Source: a virus
Taxonomy: Duplodnaviria > Caudoviricetes
DNA length: 64,000 bases
Direction: 5' to 3' (one strand)
IMG/VR virus record: IMGVR_UViG_3300028048_000097
Location: 36,366-100,365 of that record
Shown here: positions 63,579 through 64,000 of the stretch, piece by piece
Layout of the letters: the number at the start of each line of letters is the position of its first letter
Numbering within the stretch: position 1 is the stretch's first letter
Notes under the pieces: generated by a model
What the model saw: only the letters and a program-made list of their open reading frames with translations
What the model was told of the DNA's origin: nothing
Databases searched by the model: none
Position numbers and translations under genes: made by a program

Positions 63579-64000
63579 TAATTATCATCCTCAATATTAG
63601 AAATATTGTTGTCTAATTCCATCTGATCAACTTTACTTAGAAAATTCCAACATTTTAATTTCCAAGCTCTTGGAATCATATCTTCTTTCTTGATAACTAA
63701 GCCTTCGTGAGGAACTTTATTATTACAAGATGGAGAATTACATTCCATAAAGAAATTTTTATCATTAGCTAATTCTTCCCAGAATAATTGATTCCAATCT
63801 TCTGGGTACATCGGCTCTCCATTTACATCTTGTCTTAAATCAAGATACAAATCACCAGCCAATCCATAATACCATTCTTCAACAGGAGTTAAACCAACTT
63901 GTTTACACCATTGTTGCACTTCTCTTGCAGAAAATTCATGAGAAACACCATCAACATTGGTAATAGTAATACGATATATCCTTACTTTAAAATGTTTTTC
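63578..64000 (-). CDS. RNA ligase-like nucleotidyltransferase, C-terminal part (partial)
   Basis: Frame is open to the window edge. IYRIT, HEGLVIK (motif IV) and AWKLK (motif V). Near the PNK gene. Confidence 0.65.
   Translation of the reverse strand, partial: EKHFKVRIYRITITNVDGVSHEFSAREVQQWCKQVGLTPVEEWYYGLAGDLYLDLRQDVNGEPMYPEDWNQLFWEELANDKNFFMECNSPSCNNKVPHEGLVIKKEDMIPRAWKLKCWNFLSKVDQMELDNNISNIEDDN

Noticed and set aside
1-64000. CRISPR array, tRNA genes, DGR template/variable repeats, integrase
   Set aside because: No regularly spaced repeats, cloverleafs, reverse transcriptase or recombinase motifs were recognised by eye. A tRNAscan/Infernal run is needed to exclude small RNAs formally.

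Overview
AT-rich segment of a crAss-like (Crassvirales) Bacteroidota phage genome, probably of the intron-rich Zeta-like type (inference). It uses genetic code 4 (TGA=Trp), so the supplied code-11 ORF track breaks most genes into fragments. The + strand (1-51601) is the virion and transcription module: major capsid protein (MCP) split by two group I introns, head/ring/tail proteins, two muzzle/tail-stabilisation-type proteins, internal cargo proteins, and three giant proteins carrying an SF1 helicase-like domain, a virion RNA polymerase (DYDID) with a zincin, and a PD-(D/E)xK nuclease. The - strand (51652-64000) converges on a bidirectional terminator and carries an RNA ligase, a polynucleotide kinase/phosphatase (PNK), thyX, a vWA-metallopeptidase, a MoxR-like AAA+ ATPase, a dNMP kinase and six tandem small paralogues. 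There are four group I introns and seven homing-endonuclease-like genes (HEGs). The most unusual observations: (1) the PNK gene has two alternative N-termini, both broken inside the P-loop, around a LAGLIDADG insertion with no intron core but with direct and inverted terminal repeats, a candidate for ribosomal bypass or non-canonical excision; (2) a six-member hypervariable paralogue array; (3) the three giant genes are in one frame, separated only by single TAG codons, with Cys on both sides of each junction; (4) a recurrent K-x-x-x-G-G tag in cargo proteins. Protein lengths were derived by hand under code 4. Long ORFs were joined by frame-matching the track fragments and spot-checking the gaps. 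Family names come from motif recognition, not database searches.
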